From a virus (Duplodnaviria > Caudoviricetes): 60,641 nt of DNA. This document shows, in pieces, positions 1 through 8,796 of the stretch. The stretch spans positions 1-60,641 of the IMG/VR virus record IMGVR_UViG_3300018080_001657; one strand, given 5' to 3'. Below the pieces are notes generated by a model. The model saw only the letters and a list, made by a program, of their open reading frames with translations. It was not told where the DNA came from and did no database searches. How positions within the stretch are numbered: position 1 is the first letter of the stretch; every line of letters starts with the position of its first letter. The translations under genes and the position numbers were made by a program.

Positions 1-117
1 GATCTCAAGTCTGTTAACCGGACTTGAAAAATAATTGGCCTAAAAATGGTTAACAGCGATGCTAATGAAAGCAAGTAATTACAAACATGGTGAGAGTAAA
101 GTTGAATACAAATTTTG

Positions 118-208
118 TGAAGGCATCCGGCTGGATGAGGAGCTAGCCTTGAAAGCTAGTAGGGCTAGTTAAAAGCTAGCCTTGAGAGTTCAAGTCTCTC
201 GCCTTCCT
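118..208 (+). tRNA. tRNA-Ser(TGA)
   Basis: Acceptor (T)GAAGGC/GCCTTCC, anticodon stem CTAGC/GCTAG with loop CTTGAAA, long variable stem, T arm GAGAG-TTCAAGT-CTCTC; T discriminator, no encoded CCA. Confidence 0.85.
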
Positions 209-266
209 CTAAAATCCGTAGTCTGCGACTTGTATCGCAGTAAGGGTTCGATTCCCTTGCCCTCCT
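207..266 (+). pseudogene. 3' half of a class II tRNA (anticodon loop to acceptor), 5' half missing
   Basis: CTCTAAAATCCGT, variable stem CTGCGA/TCGCAG, T arm AAGGG-TTCGATT-CCCTT, acceptor strand GCCCTCC-T; abuts the preceding tRNA. Confidence 0.7.
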
Positions 267-299
267 CAAACAAACAAAGAAAAGAAAAGAGGAAAGAAA

Positions 300-1265
300 A
301 TGGCAGCTGAAGTAGAAACAATGATGTATGTAGGACAAGTCCCTTGGCACGGACTAGGAACTTATGTTGGTAATGATCCTGTTACGTCTAAAGAAGCAAT
401 TATTGCAGCAGGACTAAACTGGAATGTTAAACTTAGTAGTCTTTATCATGGAGATATGCTCCCTGCGCCAACACTACATGACGTAAAAACACATCATGCA
501 GTTGTAAGAGAATCCGATAACCATATTCTTGGTGTTGTAGGCAATAGGTATCAACCAGTACAGAATGTAGATGCATTTGAATTTATGGATGGCTTGGTTA
601 AAGATAAATCTATGCGATACCATACTGCTGGTTCGCTTAGAGAAGGCAAAAGAGTTTGGTTGCTTGGTAAAGTAGGAAGCTTTGATGCAGTTCCTGGAGA
701 TCAAGTAGACAAGTATCTCTTCTTATGGAATTCACATGATGGTAGTACTGCTCTTCGTTGTATGTTTACAACAGTAAGAGTTGTATGCGCCAACACTGCA
801 AGAGTTGCATTGTCAGGACAAGGAAGCGATAGTATTTGTCTTTATCATACCAAGAATATTAAAGATTCAATGTATGAAGCAAAAGAAGTACTTGGATTAG
901 CACAAACAAACTTTAGTATGTTTGAAGCATTTAGCAAAACTGCTGTTAACAAACAAATCAACACAGCTGACCTAGACACCTTTGTTAAGAGACTGTTTCC
1001 TGATTCGCCTAACGTTGTCAAGAGAGCATATGCTACTGAGAGGGCTCGTAGTGAGGTCACAAGGCTCTTTGAGGACGGCACTGGGAACAACCTACCTGGA
1101 GTAGCAGGGACGGCCTGGGCAGCTTACAACGCCGTTACAGAGTATTCTAATTATTATCGTTCTTCTAGAGGCACCAACAAACAAGAGCGTAGGTTTGAAT
1201 ATACAATGTTTGGTTCTGGTGTGAACCTAATTGATAAAGCACAAGTACTACTGGCAGCAGCATAA
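300..1265 (+). CDS. DUF932-family phage/plasmid protein
   Basis: PWHGLG, AGLNW, GVVGNRYQPVQN, NSHDGS, VRVVCANT, TAWAAYNAVTEY motifs. Confidence 0.85.
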   Translation: MAAEVETMMYVGQVPWHGLGTYVGNDPVTSKEAIIAAGLNWNVKLSSLYHGDMLPAPTLHDVKTHHAVVRESDNHILGVVGNRYQPVQNVDAFEFMDGLVKDKSMRYHTAGSLREGKRVWLLGKVGSFDAVPGDQVDKYLFLWNSHDGSTALRCMFTTVRVVCANTARVALSGQGSDSICLYHTKNIKDSMYEAKEVLGLAQTNFSMFEAFSKTAVNKQINTADLDTFVKRLFPDSPNVVKRAYATERARSEVTRLFEDGTGNNLPGVAGTAWAAYNAVTEYSNYYRSSRGTNKQERRFEYTMFGSGVNLIDKAQVLLAAA

Positions 1266-1459
1266 TGTATAAGATTGGTGAAAAGACAAAATATGGCTGT
1301 GTTGTTGGGTATGAGTTTTATCATTCAAGCTTAGATAAGATTATAGAAGCACGTTCACAAGAAAAAGCTAATGAGCTTATTGAAATGTATCCTAGTTTCT
1401 GGCGATATATTATCAAAGAAGAGAAAGAACTGTATATTTTTCAGCATGAATTAAAATGA
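1265..1459 (+). CDS. hypothetical protein
   Basis: 64-aa ORF coupled to upstream stop (TAATG). Confidence 0.6.
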   Translation: MYKIGEKTKYGCVVGYEFYHSSLDKIIEARSQEKANELIEMYPSFWRYIIKEEKELYIFQHELK

Positions 1460-1465
1460 TAAACA

Positions 1466-1550
1466 GGAGGAGTCGTCTAACGGTAGGGCTCTCGCCTGGA
1501 AAGCGAGTGGGGCCTTAAAACCCTTGGGAGTTCGAATCTCCTCCCCTCCT
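1466..1550 (+). tRNA. tRNA-Ser(GGA)
   Basis: GGAGGAG acceptor, D loop TAACGGTA, stem CTCGC/GCGAG with loop CTGGAAA, long variable arm, GGGAG-TTCGAAT-CTCCT; T discriminator, no CCA. Confidence 0.9.
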
Positions 1551-1565
1551 CTAAAGGAAAATATA

Positions 1566-1748
1566 ATGAAGACATGTATGAGATGTGGAAAAGAATATGA
1601 TCCATCAATGGAATTTGTAGAGCCAGCTGAAGATATGGAAATGTTATTAGCAGTAGACGACAGAACTGAAGATTGTTGTCCAGATTGTTGTTGGGAGCTA
1701 ACAGATAAAATCCATACAGCTACAAATTGTTTCTTTACGGAGCTATAA
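1566..1748 (+). CDS. small Zn-finger-like protein
   Basis: AAGGA RBS, ATG at 1566; CxxC...CxxC. Confidence 0.55.
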   Translation: MKTCMRCGKEYDPSMEFVEPAEDMEMLLAVDDRTEDCCPDCCWELTDKIHTATNCFFTEL

Positions 1749-1749
1749 A

Positions 1750-2937
1750 ATGAGCAGAGTAGCAAAACTAATCATGGTAACTGGTGCTAACAATAATAAA
1801 TACTATGACATGACAGAAGTTGGCAGCGAGATTCAAGTAAAGTATGGTCGTGTAGGTTCTACTGAATGCCGTGCTAGCTATCCTAGTTACAAATGGGATT
1901 CATTGCTTAAGTCAAAAGTAAAAAAAGGCTACAAGGACGTGACAGGACTTCGTGTTGTGTCTGAGTCAGTGGACTTTAAGAACATTACTAACAATGAGAT
2001 TGATGCTATTGTTGTTAAACTACAGGCGTTTGCAAACAAATCTGTTAGTACTAACTATACTGTAAGTTCTGATGCGGTTACACAAGCACAGGTAGATGAA
2101 GCACAGAGGCTACTTGATGATCTTATGAAGATGATAAATAAGAAGAAGAAAGCCGACAAGAAGTTTGATGATCAACTGCTAGAGCTATATCAAGTTATTC
2201 CAAGAAGAATGTCAGATGTTAAACAACATTTAACAGTGGGTGGCCATGATCCATTAAGAATTATTGGCAATGAACAAGCAACCCTTGATGTTATGAAGGG
2301 TCAAGTTAATGTGGCAGTTGCTAAACAAAGCAACACAGTGGAAGATAAACGTACTATTCTAGATGCTATGGGTCTAGACATTCAGATTGCTACACCAGAA
2401 GATGTCAAGATCATTAAGAATAACCTTGGAGATATTGGTCCTCACTTTAAGACAGCATACAAAGTAGATAACTTGAAGTGTCGTGCCAGATATGACAAAT
2501 GGGTAAAGAAATCTGAGAACAAAAAGAGCATGTTGTTCTGGCATGGTTCTCGTAATGAAAACTGGTGGAGTATTCTTGACTCTGGCTTAGTGCTTCGACC
2601 TACAAATGCTGTTGTTACAGGCAAGATGTTTGGTTATGGATTATATTTTGCCGATAAAGCACGAAAGTCATTTAACTATACGTCATATCGTGGTAGTTAT
2701 TGGGCTAGAGGGTCAAGTGATGTAGCTATTATGTGTTTGTATGATGTTCATCTTGGTAATTGGCTGCACAAGAAAAAACATGAAGGGTGGATGACTCAAT
2801 TAACAGAAGATAAGCTTAAACAAAAAGGCAAGTACGATTCTCTATTTGCTGAAGGTGGTATCGACTTAAGAAACAATGAGTATATTGTATACAATGAAGC
2901 ACAGTGTACACCTAGATATTTAGTGGAGTTTAAATGA
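1750..2937 (+). CDS. WGR-domain poly(ADP-ribose) polymerase (WGR + helical regulatory + catalytic)
   Basis: NNNKYY..KYGRVG (WGR), LYQVIPR (regulatory), FWHGS, GKMFGYGLYFAD, NEYIVYNEAQ; H-Y-E triad intact. Confidence 0.92.
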   Translation: MSRVAKLIMVTGANNNKYYDMTEVGSEIQVKYGRVGSTECRASYPSYKWDSLLKSKVKKGYKDVTGLRVVSESVDFKNITNNEIDAIVVKLQAFANKSVSTNYTVSSDAVTQAQVDEAQRLLDDLMKMINKKKKADKKFDDQLLELYQVIPRRMSDVKQHLTVGGHDPLRIIGNEQATLDVMKGQVNVAVAKQSNTVEDKRTILDAMGLDIQIATPEDVKIIKNNLGDIGPHFKTAYKVDNLKCRARYDKWVKKSENKKSMLFWHGSRNENWWSILDSGLVLRPTNAVVTGKMFGYGLYFADKARKSFNYTSYRGSYWARGSSDVAIMCLYDVHLGNWLHKKKHEGWMTQLTEDKLKQKGKYDSLFAEGGIDLRNNEYIVYNEAQCTPRYLVEFK

Positions 2938-3917
2938 GTAATGAATTAAGAAAAGCAGCAGAAGAGAATAAAATTCTAGAAATTAGATCTGGGTCTCATT
3001 TATATGGTACAAGTACTCCTGAATCAGATGAAGATTATGTTGGTATCTTTATGCCACCAGCAGAGTATGTGTATGGACTTAAGTCAGTGAAAGAAGTTGA
3101 CCTTGGAACAGAAGATAAAGGGCCTGACGGAAAGAACACTGCTGATGCTATTGACCGTAAGCTGTATGAATTTAGAAAGTTTGTAACACTAGCACTAGCA
3201 AACAACCCTAACATTATTGAGATTTTATTTGTTAACCAAGAGAATATTGTTGATACCAATTCTTTTGGTAAAGAACTATTAGCCAATAGGCATTTGTTTC
3301 CTAGCAAGTTAGCTGCTAAAAAGTTTGTTGGTTATGCCCACAGTCAAAAACATAAGATGATTATCCGTAGAGATCATTTTAATGATTTACGAGAAGGATA
3401 TGCTCTATTAAATAGTTTTCATGACAAAGCTACTATGAGTCAAGTATTTGATCGTCATATAGAGGCGTCCCAAGACCCAATGCATTGCAATCCAGATTTA
3501 TTTACCAAAAAATCAAGTGGAATGCATATTCATGTTGGTGACATTTGTTTCGAGCCAGGAGTTTACGTAAAGAAAGCACGTAAGATGCTTAAGGAATGTT
3601 TAGATAAAGCAACCAACAGATCTGAGCTTGTACTTAAGTATGGATATGATACCAAGTTTGCATCACATCTTATCCGTCTGTTAACTGAAGGCATTACACT
3701 ACTAGAGAAAGGATACTTAACCTTTCCTCTTTACAATGCAGATACTATTCTCAATATTAAGAATGGTTCAATGGACATTAAAGAAATTATTGAATATGCT
3801 GATAAGCTTGAAGCACAGTTAGATAGCGTGCTAGAGAAGTCAGAACTGCCAGCTACTCCCTCCTACAATCAAATCGAAGCTCTTGTTATGCGTATGATGA
3901 AAGAGCACCTACACTAG
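2934..3917 (+). CDS. Pol-beta superfamily nucleotidyltransferase (RlaP/YcgL/T4 NrdC.11-like)
   Basis: GSHLYGTSTPESDED, NPNIIEILF, GYDTKFASHLIRLL. Confidence 0.85.
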   Translation: MSNELRKAAEENKILEIRSGSHLYGTSTPESDEDYVGIFMPPAEYVYGLKSVKEVDLGTEDKGPDGKNTADAIDRKLYEFRKFVTLALANNPNIIEILFVNQENIVDTNSFGKELLANRHLFPSKLAAKKFVGYAHSQKHKMIIRRDHFNDLREGYALLNSFHDKATMSQVFDRHIEASQDPMHCNPDLFTKKSSGMHIHVGDICFEPGVYVKKARKMLKECLDKATNRSELVLKYGYDTKFASHLIRLLTEGITLLEKGYLTFPLYNADTILNIKNGSMDIKEIIEYADKLEAQLDSVLEKSELPATPSYNQIEALVMRMMKEHLH

Positions 3918-3922
3918 CCATC

Positions 3923-3951
3923 TTGACATCTTAACCTAGAGAGACTATATT
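3923..3951 (+). promoter_or_regulatory. sigma70-type promoter upstream of amidase
   Basis: TTGACA (3923-3928), 17-bp spacer, TATATT (3946-3951) in an intergenic gap. Confidence 0.65.
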
Positions 3952-3968
3952 TAGGGCTGAGGTGTATT

Positions 3969-4658
3969 ATGGGAAAAATTATAGTACTTGATCCAGGACA
4001 TGGACTAAATGAAAAAGGTAAATATTCTCGTCCTTTAATAGATTGTACGGATGACGAAGCTATCATTGTAGATAGTAAAAAGTTTCCTGAAAGCATGTAT
4101 CCTCATGAGAATGATAACGCACCTGATTTCTACAGAGAAGATCTAGGCACGTTGGCTATAGCAAAAAGGACTGCTGCTGAATTAGAATGCAAAGGACATA
4201 AGGTATATATAACAAGAACAGATGAGCATAATGCTGGTGTTTATTTGTCAAGCTTAAGTGACAATGAATGGAAGAAAAGACACTGGAAGTCTTGGAAGTG
4301 GATTAAAGATTTTACAGATAAAAAACAAGCAGATATTTTTGTGTCTATCCATACAAATGCTACCAAGACACACACTGGATCAGGAACAGCTTGTTTCTGG
4401 GCTTCAGCACCTAATGGAGTAGATTTATCTACAGTATTAACACAAGAAATTAATAGTAAATTAGGTTTAAAGATCAGACGAATAGCTAAGCACCGTTACT
4501 TGATTCTACGTCAGGCATGTAATGGTAGAGCAGTTTTATTAGAATGTTTGTTTCACGATAACATAAAAGATATCAAGCTGTTATTAACGCAACAAGGAAT
4601 AAACAGTATGGCACAAGCAATTGCAAGTGGAATAGATAAATACTCTCTAACTTTCTAA
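3969..4658 (+). CDS. N-acetylmuramoyl-L-alanine amidase (Amidase_3)
   Basis: LDPGHG, E, VYITRT, FVSIHTNA, AVLLEC motifs. Confidence 0.9.
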   Translation: MGKIIVLDPGHGLNEKGKYSRPLIDCTDDEAIIVDSKKFPESMYPHENDNAPDFYREDLGTLAIAKRTAAELECKGHKVYITRTDEHNAGVYLSSLSDNEWKKRHWKSWKWIKDFTDKKQADIFVSIHTNATKTHTGSGTACFWASAPNGVDLSTVLTQEINSKLGLKIRRIAKHRYLILRQACNGRAVLLECLFHDNIKDIKLLLTQQGINSMAQAIASGIDKYSLTF

Positions 4659-4695
4659 TATAATTTAATATAAATAACTTACAGGAGGATTTGGA

Positions 4696-5457
4696 ATGAA
4701 AACAATCATGCCATTTATACTCACGTGTCTTTTAGTCTCAGGAGTTATTTTCCTGAGTTGTACAGTAAATACAAAAGGAATAAAGACTCCTGAGGAAACC
4801 AAACAAACAATTGTTTATGTAACAGAATATATAACAGAAGCTTCACCAGCAGCAGAAGAAGCGGTAGTCTCGCCAACAAAAGGAGAGAGACCAACACGAG
4901 ATGTTGCCATCAAAGAAGTAGTCGCATTGTGGAATGCTTACTATGATGACGAGAGCATAAGCAAGAAACACAAGAGACGTGCAAGCTTTGGCACATATGC
5001 AGGGTATCTTGTAGACGCAGTACGTATGTATCAAGAACAAGACACAGATATTGGCGGTAGGTTGCCTAATGATAGACATACACATCTTGTTGTAGCAACT
5101 ATGGCTGCTCTTGAATCAGGTGTTAGACCAAAAGTAGTTGGGAAGAGCAGAGGAGAAGTAGGACTGTTACAGATTCATGGCAAACTAGCACTGAATGGGT
5201 ACACGAAAAAGCAGGTACAAAGAAATCCTAGATTAGGTTTGCTTCTTGGTGTACGTTGGCTTGCATATCATACACAGTTCTGCAAGACAAACAAGAAAGG
5301 CATTGACAAGTGGACAAAAACATTGTCTTTATATGGAGCAGGATTAAGTGCTGGGCGCAAGAAAGATGGAACATGCAAGCAGATATGGATGGCACGAAGA
5401 AGGGTCAGACTAACAAAATTCTATAGCACCAGAATCAAATCTGCAACGAAGAGCTAG
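4696..5457 (+). CDS. secreted/membrane-anchored lytic transglycosylase-like (SLT) protein
   Basis: Hydrophobic N-terminus ending FLSC; AALESG and GEVGLLQI lysozyme-like motifs; AGGAGG RBS. Confidence 0.65.
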   Translation: MKTIMPFILTCLLVSGVIFLSCTVNTKGIKTPEETKQTIVYVTEYITEASPAAEEAVVSPTKGERPTRDVAIKEVVALWNAYYDDESISKKHKRRASFGTYAGYLVDAVRMYQEQDTDIGGRLPNDRHTHLVVATMAALESGVRPKVVGKSRGEVGLLQIHGKLALNGYTKKQVQRNPRLGLLLGVRWLAYHTQFCKTNKKGIDKWTKTLSLYGAGLSAGRKKDGTCKQIWMARRRVRLTKFYSTRIKSATKS

Positions 5458-5496
5458 TTTATTTCAAAGTATGGTATTCTGGCAGTAGGAGGTGTT

Positions 5497-5772
5497 ATGA
5501 GCTTGACGTATTTAGAAGAACTCATTGAAGCTGTCAGTTACGCACAAGATGATGGTACGAACTGGTGGGATGTTTTTGATTCAATAGACGATGCAGATGA
5601 TGTTGTCACGAAAGCTGGCAAAGAAGAGCCTGACGAATATCAGGTGGCACATCTTATGAGCATACTCGAAGATGGAGATATTTTTATAGAAACTCCCCTC
5701 GAAGAATTCAAACGTTGCATTAAGAAGCTTAAAAGAGAACTCAAAAAGATTAGATACACAGACAGAACATAG
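5497..5772 (+). CDS. hypothetical protein
   Basis: AGGAGG RBS, 91-aa ORF. Confidence 0.65.
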   Translation: MSLTYLEELIEAVSYAQDDGTNWWDVFDSIDDADDVVTKAGKEEPDEYQVAHLMSILEDGDIFIETPLEEFKRCIKKLKRELKKIRYTDRT

Positions 5773-5787
5773 ACAGAGGAGAGCTAT

Positions 5788-6621
5788 ATGCGGTCGAAAC
5801 TTCCTGTTCGTAAATCTAAAGAAGAATTACAATTTTATATAGAGCACGGTAAAATATTCGGTGATATTCTACATCAGTTATTTGATTCACTTTCTAAAGG
5901 AAACTTTACTAATGGTATTGAATTAGAACTAGAATATATACAGCTTGTTGAAAAAATAAAGAATAAAGTTTGGCGCACTGCCAAGTACCCTTTCATACAA
6001 CAGACAAATTATCTTGAAGAATGTTTTGGCTATGGAGTTTGTGTATCAGTAAATGATACAGTCGCTCACTGTAGGCCAAATGCAAATCAATTCAAAGAAG
6101 GAGATGTTATTTCTGTTGATTTTGGTTTGTCCTTAATGTTTAAAGGTAGAGAACTGTTTTTTGATTCAGCGTTTACAACAATATATAAAAAACCTTTTGC
6201 TTCTTGGGTGTTAGCTCCTCATGAAGCTCTGGTAGAAATAGAGAAAGAACAAGCACTGACAACACACAGAATAGCAGAAATTATTTACAACAAAACAATA
6301 GAAAAGAACTTAGAGACAATAGTAATGTTAACAGGGCATGGGATTGGGTACTCGCTTCATGAAGAACCCATTATCCGTAATGCACCAGGAGATTATTCAA
6401 ACGTAAGCCTATTTGATGGCTTGTGTTTTTGTGCTGAACCAATCTTTGTGCTACCAAAAGAACAAAGATATAGTTCAATTTTAGCTAGAGCATATGTAGA
6501 CTCGGATGGTTGGTCCGTAAGGACAGTTAACAATCAGCCAAGCAGCCATTTCGAAACTATGTTCTGCATTTCAAACAACAACTTGGTTGATTTATGTGGC
6601 ATTACCAAATGGTTTTGCTAA
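5788..6621 (+). CDS. map: methionine aminopeptidase type I (M24)
   Basis: CVSVNDTVAH, GDVISVD, FDSAFT, GHGIG..LHEEP, AEP, HFE metal/substrate motifs. Confidence 0.88.
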   Translation: MRSKLPVRKSKEELQFYIEHGKIFGDILHQLFDSLSKGNFTNGIELELEYIQLVEKIKNKVWRTAKYPFIQQTNYLEECFGYGVCVSVNDTVAHCRPNANQFKEGDVISVDFGLSLMFKGRELFFDSAFTTIYKKPFASWVLAPHEALVEIEKEQALTTHRIAEIIYNKTIEKNLETIVMLTGHGIGYSLHEEPIIRNAPGDYSNVSLFDGLCFCAEPIFVLPKEQRYSSILARAYVDSDGWSVRTVNNQPSSHFETMFCISNNNLVDLCGITKWFC

Positions 6622-6636
6622 AAGAAGAGGTATAGC

Positions 6637-7023
6637 ATGAGAGTAGCAAAAGTATTCGCAAACGCATTTGAGAGTGGTAAACTTCTAGGGTTCGCAGACA
6701 TTATTTTTTCCCTAACAGATGGAGGAAACGGATGTATGACCATTCGTGGATACAAAATCTTTAAGGGAAACAATGGTGGAATCCAAGTTGGTCTTCCTTC
6801 AAAGAAAGACGACAAAGGAGAGTATCGCCCTCTCGTAAGCATGGACTTCGAGAATGAAGATGCTAAAGCATTCATGGACCATGTAACTGAAGAGGTTGCA
6901 AAAGCCTATGCGGCAGCACTGAAAGTCAAGAAAGATGGCGGGAATACAGGGTCTAATAATTCTGGAACAGGCTCATCAGTTCCTTCCGGTGGAGGAATTG
7001 ATGACGACGACATCCCCTTCTAG
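6637..7023 (+). CDS. SpoVG-like single-stranded DNA-binding protein
   Basis: LLGFADI..TIRGYKIFKG..VGLPSKK core, G/S linker, acidic DDDDIPF tail. Confidence 0.75.
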   Translation: MRVAKVFANAFESGKLLGFADIIFSLTDGGNGCMTIRGYKIFKGNNGGIQVGLPSKKDDKGEYRPLVSMDFENEDAKAFMDHVTEEVAKAYAAALKVKKDGGNTGSNNSGTGSSVPSGGGIDDDDIPF

Positions 7024-7072
7024 AATGGTATGTCTTAACTTTCCTTATCCTTTATAATTTCTAGGAGGCACC

Positions 7073-7879
7073 ATGCAGGAGTTCTACTACGGTTTGCCAC
7101 AAATGCTATGGGATAACCTGTGCATAGAAGCTGAAGATCTGCTCCGAGAAGAAGAGTTGGGTACACATTTGGTAGCAGTATACCCTGCTGGCAATAGGAT
7201 TTATGGGTTAGAGTCTTGTCCACCAGGCATCTTTTGTCTTTATGTGGATACAGTAGAAGCCCTTATTAATCCGCTATCTAACTATCATAAACAATCTGGA
7301 TTCAAAGTCTTCTCTGTTGGAAATAATAGTTGTCCAGTCATTATGGCAGACCTATTCAAATGGACACAATGGATAACCAGCAGAGAGATTGACTGGAGAA
7401 GCAGAGCATTCTTGCACGCTATTCCATTTGGACAACATGTTATTCATGAAGACCCTAGTATTTCAGATATCATGGACGCTTGTCATCAAGCTATGAAAGA
7501 CATTAACTTTATGGTTAAAGATACTGGCAGCTCTACAAACTATACAATTCCATATAGGCACGTTTCAGACTATATAAGTCCAAATTGTTTTCTATATGAT
7601 AGAGCAATGCTAAGCTTATTTCATAAACACAAGTTCATGCCAAATATCAATCCCAAATGGGACAAAGTAATAGGAGAAACTAATCTTGGTATTGAATTGT
7701 CAAAAGTATATAGAGAAAAAGATATAGATTATCGAAAAAGAATATTGGAATATAAGTCTTGTACTATGGTTGGTTATTGGGACGATCCAGGCTGTCCTTA
7801 TGAGCTAAGATGTATCAGTAAAGAATCACTTAGCAATATTAGTAAATCTGTAATAGACTTCTACAGGTTTCAACTGTAG
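7073..7879 (+). CDS. hypothetical protein, possible degenerate nucleotidyltransferase
   Basis: AGNRIYGLES resembles GSRxYG but lacks DxD; AGGAGG RBS. Confidence 0.5.
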   Translation: MQEFYYGLPQMLWDNLCIEAEDLLREEELGTHLVAVYPAGNRIYGLESCPPGIFCLYVDTVEALINPLSNYHKQSGFKVFSVGNNSCPVIMADLFKWTQWITSREIDWRSRAFLHAIPFGQHVIHEDPSISDIMDACHQAMKDINFMVKDTGSSTNYTIPYRHVSDYISPNCFLYDRAMLSLFHKHKFMPNINPKWDKVIGETNLGIELSKVYREKDIDYRKRILEYKSCTMVGYWDDPGCPYELRCISKESLSNISKSVIDFYRFQL

Positions 7880-7888
7880 AATAAAGGC

Positions 7889-8341
7889 ATGTGCGGAATG
7901 AAAACTGTAATAAATGGTTGTTTCGATCTGATAAACAAAGGTCATATAAACCTAATACACTTGGGCCTTAAGTATGCTCAAAGCGGAACGCTACTTGTAT
8001 TGATAAATTCTGACAAGTCAGTAAGAGAAATGAAAGGAACCCATAGACCGTATGACGATGTAGTTACACGGGGTAGCAATATTGAAAAAATTATTCACAA
8101 GTGGTGCCAAAAGAACAGAGACTATCTAAGAACTAAGGTAGAAATCTTTGGTACTGAAAAAGAACTAGAAAAGAAACTTGAAAGATTTCAGCCTGATATG
8201 ATTATACGTGGACACGATAGGCCCGTTGAAGAAATCACTGGCTATGGAAAATGGCCAATACTTATTGTGCCAAGAACTGTAGATGAGAATGGTATTGAAG
8301 TTTCAACAACACGAACTGCACAAGAAAGAGGAAAAGAATGA
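7889..8341 (+). CDS. RfaE domain II/HldC-like sugar-phosphate nucleotidyltransferase
   Basis: NGCFDLINKGH, INSDKSVREMKG..RP, STT. Confidence 0.8.
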   Translation: MCGMKTVINGCFDLINKGHINLIHLGLKYAQSGTLLVLINSDKSVREMKGTHRPYDDVVTRGSNIEKIIHKWCQKNRDYLRTKVEIFGTEKELEKKLERFQPDMIIRGHDRPVEEITGYGKWPILIVPRTVDENGIEVSTTRTAQERGKE

Positions 8342-8796
8342 AAGACGAAAGAGGCTACGATCCAATGCACAGGTTGATTTGTAAAAGTCATTCTTCTTTA
8401 GCACAAAAACACCATGAAACCAAAAAGAAATGGGGAGCAGAATTTTTAGTTAGAAACACAGAAAAATACTGTGTAAAAATTATGACCCTTGAGCCAGATA
8501 CACAATGTTCTATGCATTTTCATGAAGACAAAGAAGAAACATTTGTTCTTGTCTCTGGAGAAATGATTGTTGAAACAATCAATACTAAAAATGCAGAAAG
8601 AAGTGTTACACATCTTGTTGTGGTAGGAGATGCTGTAACACTTAAACCAGGCACACCACATACATTCTATTGTCCAGAAGGTGCTATCCAGACGGCAGTA
8701 TTTATTGAAGCTTCAACGGAGGACAGTCCAAATGATAGTTACAGAATCTTCCCGAGCAGAGGGAAAGATGTTGATCATGGGAGACACAATAATTGA
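8338..8796 (+). CDS. cupin, sugar-isomerase-like
   Basis: KKWGAE, CSMHFHEDKEETFVLVSG, GD..PGTPH, EAST. Confidence 0.8.
   Translation: MKDERGYDPMHRLICKSHSSLAQKHHETKKKWGAEFLVRNTEKYCVKIMTLEPDTQCSMHFHEDKEETFVLVSGEMIVETINTKNAERSVTHLVVVGDAVTLKPGTPHTFYCPEGAIQTAVFIEASTEDSPNDSYRIFPSRGKDVDHGRHNN

Noticed and set aside
18-45. 5' exon and start of a tRNA-Leu(UAA) group I intron (GGACTT..AAATAATTGGCCT) pairing with the 3' half at 211
   Set aside because: No D arm upstream, no intron core, no terminal G before AAAATCCG, and a whole tRNA lies between
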